Shown in pieces: positions 8,415-17,114 of a stretch of 20,792 bases of DNA. The notes below the pieces were generated by a model. It was given only the letters and a program-made list of their open reading frames with translations, did no database searches and was not told where the DNA came from. The stretch comes from an uncultured archaeon (GTDB lineage Archaea > Thermoproteota > Nitrososphaeria > Nitrososphaerales > Gagatemarchaeaceae). Made by a program: the position numbers and the translations under genes. The DNA lies in the NCBI GenBank assembly GCA_963817525.1, contig CAWFOU010000005.1, forward strand, positions 1 through 20,792. The letters are read 5' to 3'. How positions within the stretch are numbered: the stretch's first letter is position 1; each line of letters begins with the position of its first letter.

Positions 8415-9734
8415 CTAGGCCGTGACCCTGCGGCGTGCAGGGGAAGCTGAAGTCGTCGAGCCACCCTTGATGCTGGACGGTTCCTTGGTCTTGGTGAACC
8501 TCCTCCACACCATTGCGTAGGCGCCGAGCGCGACCAGACCCAGAGGAATCACCACCACGGCCACCTCGATTATCCCTTCGATCACACCGGAGAAGAGGGC
8601 CCACACGGAGCCAGCGAAGCCGGATAGCCCGCTCGTCGCAGGCGGCGCCGTCACCTTGATGATCACCGAGGCCAGGGTGACGTTGCCTGTCTGGTCCGTC
8701 GCGCTCACCGTGACGTTGAAGGTCCCGGCCTGGTTGAACTGGTGGATGAGCTGCTGTCCCTCCGCGGATGTTCCGTCCCCGAAGTTGTAGTTCACAACGT
8801 ACGGACCCACTCCTCCCGTCACTATCGCGTCGAACGTCACGCTGAGCGGGCTCAGGCCGGTTCGCGGCGTCGCTGAGAGCTTCATCGTGAGGGGCGCTGG
8901 GACCGTTGGTTTGGCGGCCGTTTCAAGGGTGACGGCGATCGTCGCATAGTTGACCAGCTGCGCGGTCTGGAGTATCTGGCTCTCTACCGAGTTGATCTGT
9001 GCGTCCGTCTGCTGGAGGATCGACTCGATCTGGATGGTGGAGTTTATGGTGGCAGACTGGTTGAGCAGTTTGAGCAGGGATTCCTGCTCCGTGAGGAGCG
9101 ACCCAAGCGTGGCGTTGAGGTCTTGGTACTGCACTGTCACGTCGTCGCTCGAGCTCTGAAGGTTGACGACGGTGCCGAGAGCCTGGAGCTGCACGATTGC
9201 CGTCTGGAAGTTCTGCGCGGGTACCATGACCGTTATCGATGCCGAGCCGTTCTCCGCAGAGTCATAGCTTGTCGCTGATACGTAGCCGCCCAGCCCCGCC
9301 GCGACCGCGCTGACCTGCTGGATGCTCGCTGACGGATTGGAGACGTCGATCGCGATGTTGCCGAAGAACTCTATGGAGTGCCCCGAACCACTTGTGCTGT
9401 TGGGCGAAGAGACGGAGCTGGATTGCTGGCCGTTGTCCTCGGTTGTGGTGGTTGATGCCGCGATAGTGGCGGTCGAGGACTCGGTCTGGGTGATTCCGGG
9501 TTCCGTCCCGAGGATGACCGTGGAGGGGACCGAATTCCCCGATGGATTCAGACTGCCTATCGCTGCTTGAGAGCCAGCGCCGTATCCCTGCGAATTGTCC
9601 AATGCCGTGGTAGAGGCTGCACTAAACCCCCCTAGCAGCGAGTGCTGGCTGAAGACCGCGGCGCCCACCCCTCCGACTATTATCAGCGCGACCATTACAA
9701 TCATGAACCTGCCTAGAAGCTTTCTCTGTCCCAT
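8415..9734 (-). CDS. Membrane-anchored DUF4349-domain protein with an S/T-rich linker and a PKD domain
   Basis: N-terminal TM and S/T-rich stretch; DUF4349-like GGYVS...ASITVMVPAQNF...LG.V....SSDDVTVQYQDL...QINS.ESQ...V.YATIAVTL; PKD motif P.SVTFDA.VTGG..PY...YNFGDG......HQF.QAGTFNVTVSATD; C-terminal TM and basic tail. Confidence 0.85.
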   Translation of the reverse strand: MGQRKLLGRFMIVMVALIIVGGVGAAVFSQHSLLGGFSAASTTALDNSQGYGAGSQAAIGSLNPSGNSVPSTVILGTEPGITQTESSTATIAASTTTTEDNGQQSSSVSSPNSTSGSGHSIEFFGNIAIDVSNPSASIQQVSAVAAGLGGYVSATSYDSAENGSASITVMVPAQNFQTAIVQLQALGTVVNLQSSSDDVTVQYQDLNATLGSLLTEQESLLKLLNQSATINSTIQIESILQQTDAQINSVESQILQTAQLVNYATIAVTLETAAKPTVPAPLTMKLSATPRTGLSPLSVTFDAIVTGGVGPYVVNYNFGDGTSAEGQQLIHQFNQAGTFNVTVSATDQTGNVTLASVIIKVTAPPATSGLSGFAGSVWALFSGVIEGIIEVAVVVIPLGLVALGAYAMVWRRFTKTKEPSSIKGGSTTSASPARRRVTA

Positions 9735-9765
9735 GTGGGGAATGAAGCATCGCTGATGTGATGAC

Positions 9766-9815
9766 CTTTTGTCATATGAGTCGGACAAAAGTATTTAACA
9801 CAAAAGCGGTCTTTT
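9766..9815. promoter_or_regulatory. Divergent promoter region: central TATA-like TATTTAA flanked by inverted repeats
   Basis: CTTTTGTC (9766-9773)-N10-GACAAAAG (9784-9791); TATTTAAC (9792-9799); AAAAG (9802-9806)-N4-CTTTT (9811-9815). Confidence 0.55.
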
Positions 9816-9831
9816 CCCACACGGCCCAAAA

Positions 9832-10681
9832 ATGCGGTCGACAATCGCGTTCGTCGCTCTCGTAGCCTTCGCGCTTGTCAACACGGGCTTCCTCGGGTAT
9901 TATCTCGTCTCCAGCGCCGGCTCTCTCAGCCCGATGAGTGCCGAGACCACTACCGCGACAATAAGCGCCACGGTCACTCCCCCGTCGGGCACTTCAACCA
10001 CTCTCTCGTCAGTTCAGAATAGCGTTACCACGACCTCCGCGGCATCTACGGCCACGACGACGCAGTCGCAATTCTCCGCCAGTACCACGACCATGGCTGT
10101 GCAGTCTGCCTCGAGCAGCGTGGCATCATCCATGCCCGCTAGCTCGACGACGCAGGCCGCCATCACTTCCTCCTCGAGCAATACGAGCGGGAACGAGGCA
10201 TTGTACACGGCCACAGGTGCGCTGAACGCGTCCTCCATCACAGTGGGGTTGATCGCTTTCTTCGAGAGACATTCTCTGATACTCGCGCCGGGGAGCTGGG
10301 TCGCTGTCGGAGGCATGTGGATATGGAGGGGCAGGATGAGGTCCAAGTGGACCGACCTGGGTTTCGATTCCGATGTCTTTACCTTGTTCGTGAGGATGAA
10401 GGGCGCCAAGACCAGGATCAGGCTGCTCGACCGCGCTCTCGGTCCCCAAGGACCGTCTGCAGCTGGCAGAAGAACTCGGTCTCGATTGGAAGTCGGTGGA
10501 CAGGCACGTTGCGGTGATGAAGAAGTATGGTTTCCTCGATGACAAGCTAGCATACGGACACGTGAAGATGTACCAGTTGACTCCCGTAGGCGTCTCGCTC
10601 CTCAAGCTACTGCAGGAGCTCAGCAGGGAGGAGAAGCGGGAGGGAATTGCTCCCGCGCCCCTGTTGGAGGGGCAAGGTTAA
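9832..10681 (+). CDS. Membrane-tethered ArsR-like winged-helix transcriptional regulator, one indel near 10431
   Basis: N-terminal TM, about 100-aa S/T/A-rich linker, second hydrophobic segment, then the reconstructed wHTH RMKGAKTRIRLLDALSVPKDRLQLAEELGLDWKSVDRHVAVMKKYGFL....YGHVKMYQLTPVG (joins ORFs 9832-10542 and 10496-10681). Confidence 0.82.
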
Positions 10682-10718
10682 TTATTCACCCGAAATCGCG
10701 GCAGCTCGCGTGATATAG

Positions 10719-11069
10719 TTGGGCGGAACCAAGAAGAAGACCCTAGCCTCGATGGAAAAGACTCAGAACGAGGAAGGAGAGACTCAGCAGGACGGCAGCA
10801 AGGTCAAGAAGGCGACTAAGGAAGCGAAGCCAGTCGGCGAGAGGAAACGGGTCGAGGTTCTCATGCCCAAGCTTAGCGACCAGGAATTCATGAAGACGCT
10901 CTCTTCACAGAAGGCCATCACGGTCTATTCGGCCGCGAGGACCCTGAACGTCAGCGCATCGATAGCCAGGGTGATACTCGGGACTCTGGAAACGAAGGGC
11001 CTTGTCTCAAGGGTCGGGGGCTTCAGCGGGCACTACGTCTGGGCGCCTGCCTCGATTTCCCGGACCTGA
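10719..11069 (+). CDS. rps25e: 30S ribosomal protein S25e
   Basis: MGG.KKK start, basic N-terminal tail and the wHTH core KAITVYSAARTLNVSASIARVILGTLETKGLV..VGG.SGH.VW. TTG start. Confidence 0.9.
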   Translation: MGGTKKKTLASMEKTQNEEGETQQDGSKVKKATKEAKPVGERKRVEVLMPKLSDQEFMKTLSSQKAITVYSAARTLNVSASIARVILGTLETKGLVSRVGGFSGHYVWAPASISRT

Positions 11070-11433
11070 ACTATCTCCATAACGTCTCCCGGAGACAGTT
11101 TCTCCAGGATATCTCCGGGTTCGAAGCCAACTTGCCAACGGGATTGAGCGGGCTCTGACTCTTTACGGCGCTGGTGAAGAAGCACAATGAACCGTTGGCG
11201 GCGAGGAAGGCGATCTCGCCCTTGCTGTATTCTAGCCTCTGCTTCTCCACGCCGGTCTTCAGCCCCGTGAGGATGCAGACCATGGCCTTCGGGTATATGG
11301 TCACTCTCGAGCTCATCGGTAGCGCCCTGAGGATGCTGCTCACGGTCACCGGCGCGAGGTGCTTGTAGAGGTCCACCATGAACTCGCCTTTCCCACGTAC
11401 AGACACCTTGCATTCCACCTTTGAGACGGACAT
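11033..11433 (-). CDS. Cyclophilin-like fold protein (DUF369/DUF3830-like), one indel near 11125
   Basis: HLAPVTV..ILRALP, GVEK....YSKGEIAF....GSLCFF, PLNPVGK; the C-terminus (LEKLSPGDVMEI) continues in the adjacent frame. Confidence 0.8.
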
Positions 11434-11605
11434 GCTATTTTGACCCCGCGGAGAGCGCCTTCGGCAAGTTTCGGGATGGGCTTCCCTTCCCACTATTTCA
11501 TCATTGTTGTCCGTTCCCTCGGGAGATTGCGGTCGCGCTGTTCCGCGGCGCGCTTATTTACCAAACGGGTAACGGTGCTCTTGCTGCTATGGACGAGCTG
11601 ACGCG

Positions 11606-11854
11606 ATGATGGTGGCTGACGATACCGGTACCGGAGACTTCAGCAAAAAGGAGACTATATTCGGAATAGCCTCCGGTGTCACTTTCATAGGGTTCTGGGG
11701 TATAGCGATAGATGTGGCCCTGAGGTCGTACATCTATCAGGCAAACGTGTACTTCCATACGGGGTACGAGCTCTGGGTCTTCTCGGCGATATTCGTCATC
11801 GGGCTGCTGGCGATGGGCATCTCGTCACTGAAGAGGGTCGGCTCCAGAAGATGA
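11606..11854 (+). CDS. Small two-TM membrane protein
   Basis: Two hydrophobic segments and a basic C-terminus. TATA-like TTATTTA at about 11554-11560. The true start may be ATG 11589 with an indel. Confidence 0.65.
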   Translation: MMVADDTGTGDFSKKETIFGIASGVTFIGFWGIAIDVALRSYIYQANVYFHTGYELWVFSAIFVIGLLAMGISSLKRVGSRR

Positions 11855-11872
11855 TTCGTAGCGAGTCGAGGG

Positions 11873-12028
11873 CTAACGGCTCGTCGCCAGGAGTTCCATC
11901 ACGCGGCGGTCGATGTAGTCGTTCAGCGTGACGAAGTAGGGACCTCCCTTGTAGCCGTCCAGTATCTTTTTCATGCTCAGCAGCTCAAACAACTCGTGGG
12001 TCTTCTCGGCGCTCATGTATTCCGCCAT
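11873..12028 (-). CDS. Small hypothetical protein (51 aa), not in the ORF track
   Basis: Translated by hand: MAEYMSAEKTHELFELLSMKKILDGYKGGPYFVTLNDYIDRRVMELLATSR*. GC3-rich codon usage like its neighbours; fills the gap between two genes. Confidence 0.6.
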   Translation of the reverse strand: MAEYMSAEKTHELFELLSMKKILDGYKGGPYFVTLNDYIDRRVMELLATSR

Positions 12029-12079
12029 CGACCGAGCAAAGGATGAGTACTTTTCCGTTTGGCAATCTGCGATGTTGCA

Positions 12080-14013
12080 TCAGGGAGCTGCGAGCCCGAC
12101 CGAAGCAAGGAGCTGGTTGAAGCGGGGGTCCTTCCTGACGCCCGCGAAGAGAGGGGAGTACATGAGGTCGGTCGCCGGGAGGTAGTGGCCCTTCGTGGAG
12201 AAGGTCATGTACTCGAAGAACTTGTCGATGTCGCCCAGCGCGAGATAGATGTAACCCGCAAAGATCGACCTTACGTATCCCTGTTCGTGGGTCGCGTCCA
12301 GCTTCGCGATCATCTCCGTCGCCGTCTTCTTGTCTCCCTTGAGCGCGGCGACGAGCCCGCGGTTGAGGTGCGTGAATTCATTTTCGGGCGCAACCCTCTC
12401 CAGCTCCTTCACCATGGCGTCCGCGTTTTCCAGATCGTCCTTGGAGAGGTAATAGTCTGCCATCAGGCGGTACGAGTCGATGGGATCGAGGTGAAGCGTC
12501 CTCTTCCAGTGCTCAAGGGCTTCCCGCTCCCGGCCCGAGTAGAAGTAGGCCGTACCGAGACGCCTTATCGCGCGATGTGAAAGTGGGTCCAGCTGGTAGG
12601 CCATCTCAGCATTGCTCACATACCCCTTCAGGTTGCCCTTCTCGGCTTCGATTGAGCCCAGCACCACGTAGGCATCCGCCAGGTTGGGGTTCAGCTCCAG
12701 TCCCTTCCGCGCCTCCTTCTCCTGAACGGGGAGCGGCTCGTCACCCATGAAGTAGAGCTCAGACAGCAGGAAGTGTGCCTCCGCCAGATCGGCGTTTATC
12801 TCGAGCGCTCTGCCGCGCTGCCGCCATCCCGAGTTCCAGTGTCTCGGACCAGGGGATGAGGCCCATTGTGCCCAGCTGAATGTAACACGTGGCAATGCCG
12901 GTGTACGCCCGTGAGAGGGACGGATCCCGCTGGATCGCCTGCTGGAAGAAGCTCAGCGACTGCCTGAGGGGCCCCTCTTCCCGCTCGTGCATGAGGGCCT
13001 GACCCTGGAGGAAGCTCGTGTAGGCTTCGATGTCCGCGGTCTCCTTTTGCACAGTAACCGGTGGCCGGCCCATCGGAAGGCTCACAGGAATGGACTTGGC
13101 GACGCTGTCAGCGATGTCGGTCTGGATGGCGAAGATGTCGTCAAGGTTCCGAATCGTACTTCTCAGCCCAGAGGTGTTCCTCGGTGTTCACGTCGATGAC
13201 CTGCACCGCGACCCTTATCCTGTTCCCGGCCTTCCTGACACTACCTTCCACGACCGTCCCGACTCCCAGCTCCCTCCCGATCTCCGAGACGTTCTTCTTC
13301 TCATTCTTGTAGTTCATGACGGACGTCCTCGCGATGACCTTGAGGCCCTTCACAAGCGCGAGACTGCCTATCAGCTCCTCGGTCAGTCCGTCGGCGAAGA
13401 ACTCGTCCTGCTGGTCCAGGCTCATGCTCACGAAGGGGAGGACCGCGATCCTGTCTGCGGGGAGGTTCGCGGCTCTCATACTCATGGCCTGAGCTTCCCA
13501 TGGAAGTTCGACCCTGTAAACGTCTATCGGTATCGCCACGTTCTTGAGCTGGTGCGGGGCGAGCTTGATGAGCTTGAAGGGGACCTTGTTCCTGACCTGG
13601 TCGAAGACCTGCTCGGAGATGCAGACCTCACCTCCCTTGGCCAGCGGCTCTATCCTTGATGCGATGTTGACGGCGTCCCCGTAGACGTCCTGGCCGCTCT
13701 GCACCACATCGCCGACGTGGATCCCGACCTTCATCGCTAGTGTGTCGCTGGCCGGTCTGCTGTGGTTGTGGACGGCTTCCTGCATCTCAACAGCGCATTC
13801 GACGGCGGCGAGCGCGCTGTCGAACTGTATCATGAACGCGTCGCCGATGGTCTTTACCTCCCTGCCGCCGTGCTTGGGGAAGATCGGGCGTAGCAGAGCC
13901 TGGTGGCGTTCGAGGAGCTGCAGCGCGAGGGCTTCGTTCCTTTGCGAGAGCGAGGTGTACCCAACGATGTCGGTGAACATGATGGCCGCCAGCCTCCGCT
14001 CCCCTGAGACCAA
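12080..14013 (-). CDS. Class III adenylate/guanylate cyclase with TolB-like domain and TPR repeats, several indels
   Basis: ERRLAAIMFTDIVGYT, VKTIGDA, KVGIHVGDV, DVYGDAVNIASRIE; IAVLPF...FFADGLTEELI..L....LKVIARTS; TPR repeats (ALEINADLAEAH, LELNPNLADAY, LDPLS); end motif P.F.GVRKDPRF. TTG start. Confidence 0.92.
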
Positions 14014-14186
14014 CTGATTCAGAACCAAGGCGGTTTGCAATAAAACCCTTTGGTTATCAGACATCGACTAGTTGTCGAGTACCGAATACATTTGACGTCA
14101 GACCAAATTGGGCCTGGAAAGCATTTTGAAGCAGAGAACCTTTATACAACCGCTTAAAAGGGCGCCTCGTCCTTCGAGGTATTTGT

Positions 14187-14482
14187 TTGGCCCCTATAGC
14201 TGCTTCTAGAGAAAGAAAAAGACTCGACGCGCCGTCGAGGAAGGTTTTGAGATAAAGATAGGGCCGCCTAAGCTCACCCGGTTCGAAAGAGCACGCATCA
14301 TAGGGGCGCGGTCTCTACAGCTCGCGATGGGTGCTCCTTTCTTCGTCCCTCTCGACGAGACGACCAAAGACCCGATTGTCTTGGCGATGGTAGAGCTCGC
14401 CTCCGAAGCGCTCCCGCTCTCGATTAGGCGCTCACTGCCCAACGGCGAATTTCAGGACATCCCCGTCCGCTATCTGCTCTAG
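14187..14482 (+). CDS. rpoK: DNA-directed RNA polymerase subunit K (Rpo6), not in the ORF track; indel near the 5' end
   Basis: Hand translation from about 14234: [38 protein letters not shown]...[37 protein letters not shown]. Probable TTG start at 14187 after GAGGT. Confidence 0.95.
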
Positions 14483-14555
14483 TCCCGCGATTTCAGCCAG
14501 TGGACGATTGGTCAGTCATCCATAAATAGTCACGGGACTCCGCCGGCGACTCATC

Positions 14556-14913
14556 ATGTCAGCCAAACCAGCAAGGAAACAAGATTCAGCCCCCGCTGCC
14601 GAAGAGGAAGTAGTAGAAGCAGTATCAGAGAGGAGCGGAGCACCACAGAACCACATCTACGTCGGCAAGAAGCCAGTCATGAGCTACGCGATGTCTGCGC
14701 TCATCCAGTTGTCGCAGGCGGGCGAAGTCGTCATAAAGGCCCGAGGTCTTGCAATAGGAAGAGCAGTGGATGTCGCAGAGATAGTGACCAAGAGACTCGG
14801 CAACGGAGCATTCGCAGTGAAGAACATCGCAATCGCGACCGAGCAGGTCAAGAGCGTCGACACAGGCGAGATGAGGAACGTCTCTTCAATACGAGATCCT
14901 CGTCGGCAAGTAA
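14556..14913 (+). CDS. albA: DNA/RNA-binding chromatin protein Alba, with an acidic N-terminal extension
   Basis: IYVGKKPVMSY, EVVIKARG.AIGRAVDVAEIV, RNVSSI. An indel at about 14892 restores the canonical end EILVGK*. Confidence 0.95.
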
Positions 14914-14947
14914 GTAGCGACTAGCCCGGGCATCTGTCGAAGGATAG

Positions 14948-14988
14948 GAGTTCCCTCACTCAAAGTGGGAACTTCGCCGTTGTTTTTT
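14948..14988 (+). terminator. Putative terminator after alba: hairpin followed by a T-tract
   Basis: GAGTTCCC(T)CAC-TCAAA-GTGGGAACTT followed by GTTGTTTTTT; further T-tracts up to about 15008. Confidence 0.55.
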
Positions 14989-15070
14989 CATCCGTCCGTT
15001 TTCTTTTGATTCAGGCCGTCAAGTCAATCTTTGTCCTAAGGATTCTGTCTTCCGTCGCGGCTGCGAGTGT

Positions 15071-15150
15071 CGAAAAACATTTCGCGCGACGGGAGTTTGC
15101 TGGCGAAAAATATTTTGCGCGGGGATAAATTTTTAAGCGAAACGATTTTG
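15071..15150 (+). promoter_or_regulatory. Decarboxylase promoter with three phased CGAAA-N3/4-TTTYG boxes around a TATA box
   Basis: CGAAAAACATTTCGCGCG (15071-15088), CGAAAAATATTTTGCGCG (15104-15121), TATA TTTTTAAG (15130-15137), CGAAACGATTTTG (15138-15150). Confidence 0.6.
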
Positions 15151-15169
15151 ATGCTATGGCCACAAACAA

Positions 15170-16504
15170 TTGCCTGAAACTCGGGCGCATCCGGTCACTA
15201 AGGTCCGGAATCTGACAACACCAAAATTCGACGACCAGGAATTATATAATCTGGCACGAGAAATTTGGCACACCATACTTCCTCATAGACGAGGGAGTGC
15301 TGAGGAAGAACGTAAGCGAAATCGAGCAGGCTTACCAGACGTTCAAAGGACCGTTCAGAGTCGCCTACTCGATCAAGGCGAACTTCAACCCCGCAGTGAT
15401 AAAGACCTTCGTCTCCGAAGGTATCATGTTCGACCTCACGGCGTCAAACGAGCTGTACTTCCTGTTGAGGTGCGGCGGCTCGCCGGAGAACGTGATCTAC
15501 ACCAGCATAACGGAGACGGCGGCAGAGTACGAGAGCGTAATCAAGGGTGGAGTCCGCAAGATAGTAGTCTCGAGCTACAACGGGTTGCTGAACCTGATCG
15601 AGGCTGCGGGCAAGGCGGGCGGACCCGTGAACGTGCTCATCAGGGTCAACCCAGAGGTCCACGTCAAGGCGGAGCTCAGGTTCTCCATAAGCCACGGGAA
15701 GTTCGGCGTCCCGCTCGACTCTGTCAGGCGAGGACAGCGCGATGTTCATGCTGAAGAAGATACTCGACGACTCCGTCGCTGAAGTTCGACGGATTCCACT
15801 TCCACCTGGGGAGCCAGATAGAGGACCCGTCGTGCTACTCTGAGGCGCTGGAGAAGCTCGAGAGCTTCATCCTGGACGCGAGGAGGTCTATCGGCGACTT
15901 CCCGATCAACACGCTCGACATCGGGGGCGGTCTCCCGACATCCTACGGCAAGGGGGTACCGGCGCCCGCGGACTTCTCGGCGACGATACTCGAGCAGCTC
16001 AGCAGCCTCGCCGAGAGCTTCGGAAGCAAGTTCACGCTGATCGTCGAGAGCGGCAGGTACCTGTCCGCCGACTCGACGATAATGGTATCAAGGGTGGTGA
16101 ACGTCAAGAGGTTCGGGGAGAATAAGTACGTCTACCTCGACGCTGGCTACAACAACCTCGCCGACTCTGCGCTGCTCAGGCACGAGTACCCCGTGGAGGT
16201 CGTGCCCGGAGGGAGCACCACCCACCAGAAGACGGTGCTGGTCGGTAGGCTGTGCGATTCGCTGGACGTCTTCACCACCTCCAGCAGGTCCAAGCTGGGA
16301 GGTGCCGAGGTGGGCAAGCTCGTGGTCTTCAGAGGCGTGGGCGCATACTCCATCGTCCTGGCTTCGCCGTTCCACTGTCAGCCCAGGCCATACGTCCACA
16401 TGAGGGACGCGCAGGGCAAGTATCTGGTGGTCAGGAAGGGTCAGAGCGTAGAGGAGCTCTTCGAAGAAGAAGGCGGAGACCCGAGCCTGATGTCACCGGC
16501 CTAG
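15170..16504 (+). CDS. PLP-dependent Orn/DAP/Arg decarboxylase family (fold type III; would usually be annotated lysA), about three indels
   Basis: Reconstructed motifs: FGTPYFLIDE, AYSIKAN (PLP lysine), IRVNP, KFG, GFHFHLGSQI, LDIGGG, IVESGRYL, GRLCDSLD, VGAYS. Confidence 0.92.
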
Positions 16505-16534
16505 ACCGGCGCGCCGCCTATTCGATGATCGGAG

Positions 16535-17109
16535 GTGGGGCCGGCCTCGTACAGCAGCCTGCCGCGTGATTTCGTAACCAGTGACGGGAGGAAGGGCCTC
16601 CTGCGCCCGCTCAGTTGGGAGGACCTGGACGGTTGTCTAGAAATTCGCGAGGGGTTTGGCCGAAGAGTATGCCTCCGACATCAATCACGGCACGCTAATG
16701 GCCCAGGCCCCATCGAGGGAGGAGGAGATGGAATGGCTGGAAGGAAGGCTGACCTCGATTGAAAGAGGGATGATGGTCAGTGTCGCTGCGGAGCTCGAGG
16801 GCGCCTTCGCAGGAAACTCTGAGGTCACCCGCGGCGCCGTCCACGACCTGAGCGATCACGGCAGTCTTGGCATCGCGGTCTCGAAGCAGTTCAGGGGCAT
16901 CGGGGTCGGGAGCGCCATGCTGACTACGCTTATCGAAGAGTGCAGAGCCGCCGGCCTGAAGACCATTGAGCTCGCAGCCCTAGCGTCGAACGAGCGGGCC
17001 GTCAGTCTGTACGAGCGCGTGGGGTTCAAGCGGGTCGGAGTCATCCCGAAGAAGATTCGAAGGAGAGGAATAGGTTTCGACGAGCTCGATCATGAGCATG
17101 GAGCTCTGA
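16535..17109 (+). CDS. GNAT-family N-acetyltransferase, two indels
   Basis: LGIAVSKQFRGIGVGSAML (acetyl-CoA motif A), SNERAVSLYERVGFK. N-terminus (DGRKGLLRPL) is in ORF 16535-16762. Reconstructed end DELIMSMEL*. GGAGGT RBS-like sequence overlaps the GTG start. Confidence 0.9.
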
Positions 17110-17114
17110 GCAGC

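Noticed and set aside
9930-10190. Low-complexity S/T-rich stretch as a DNA repeat or CRISPR-like array
   Set aside because: No periodic nucleotide unit; it is a protein linker.
11589-11609. Six-codon uORF (MDELTR*) overlapping the small membrane gene
   Set aside because: More likely the true N-terminus separated by an indel, given the local error rate.
14064-14100. TGACGTCA (eukaryotic CRE-like) and a TCGAC-N5-GTCGA palindrome upstream of the cyclase
   Set aside because: Short palindromes are expected by chance, and no CREB-type factor is known in archaea.
2844-16504. DapA plus LysA as a diaminopimelate lysine pathway
   Set aside because: The genes are 11 kb apart, both have non-canonical signatures, and no other dap genes are present in the window.
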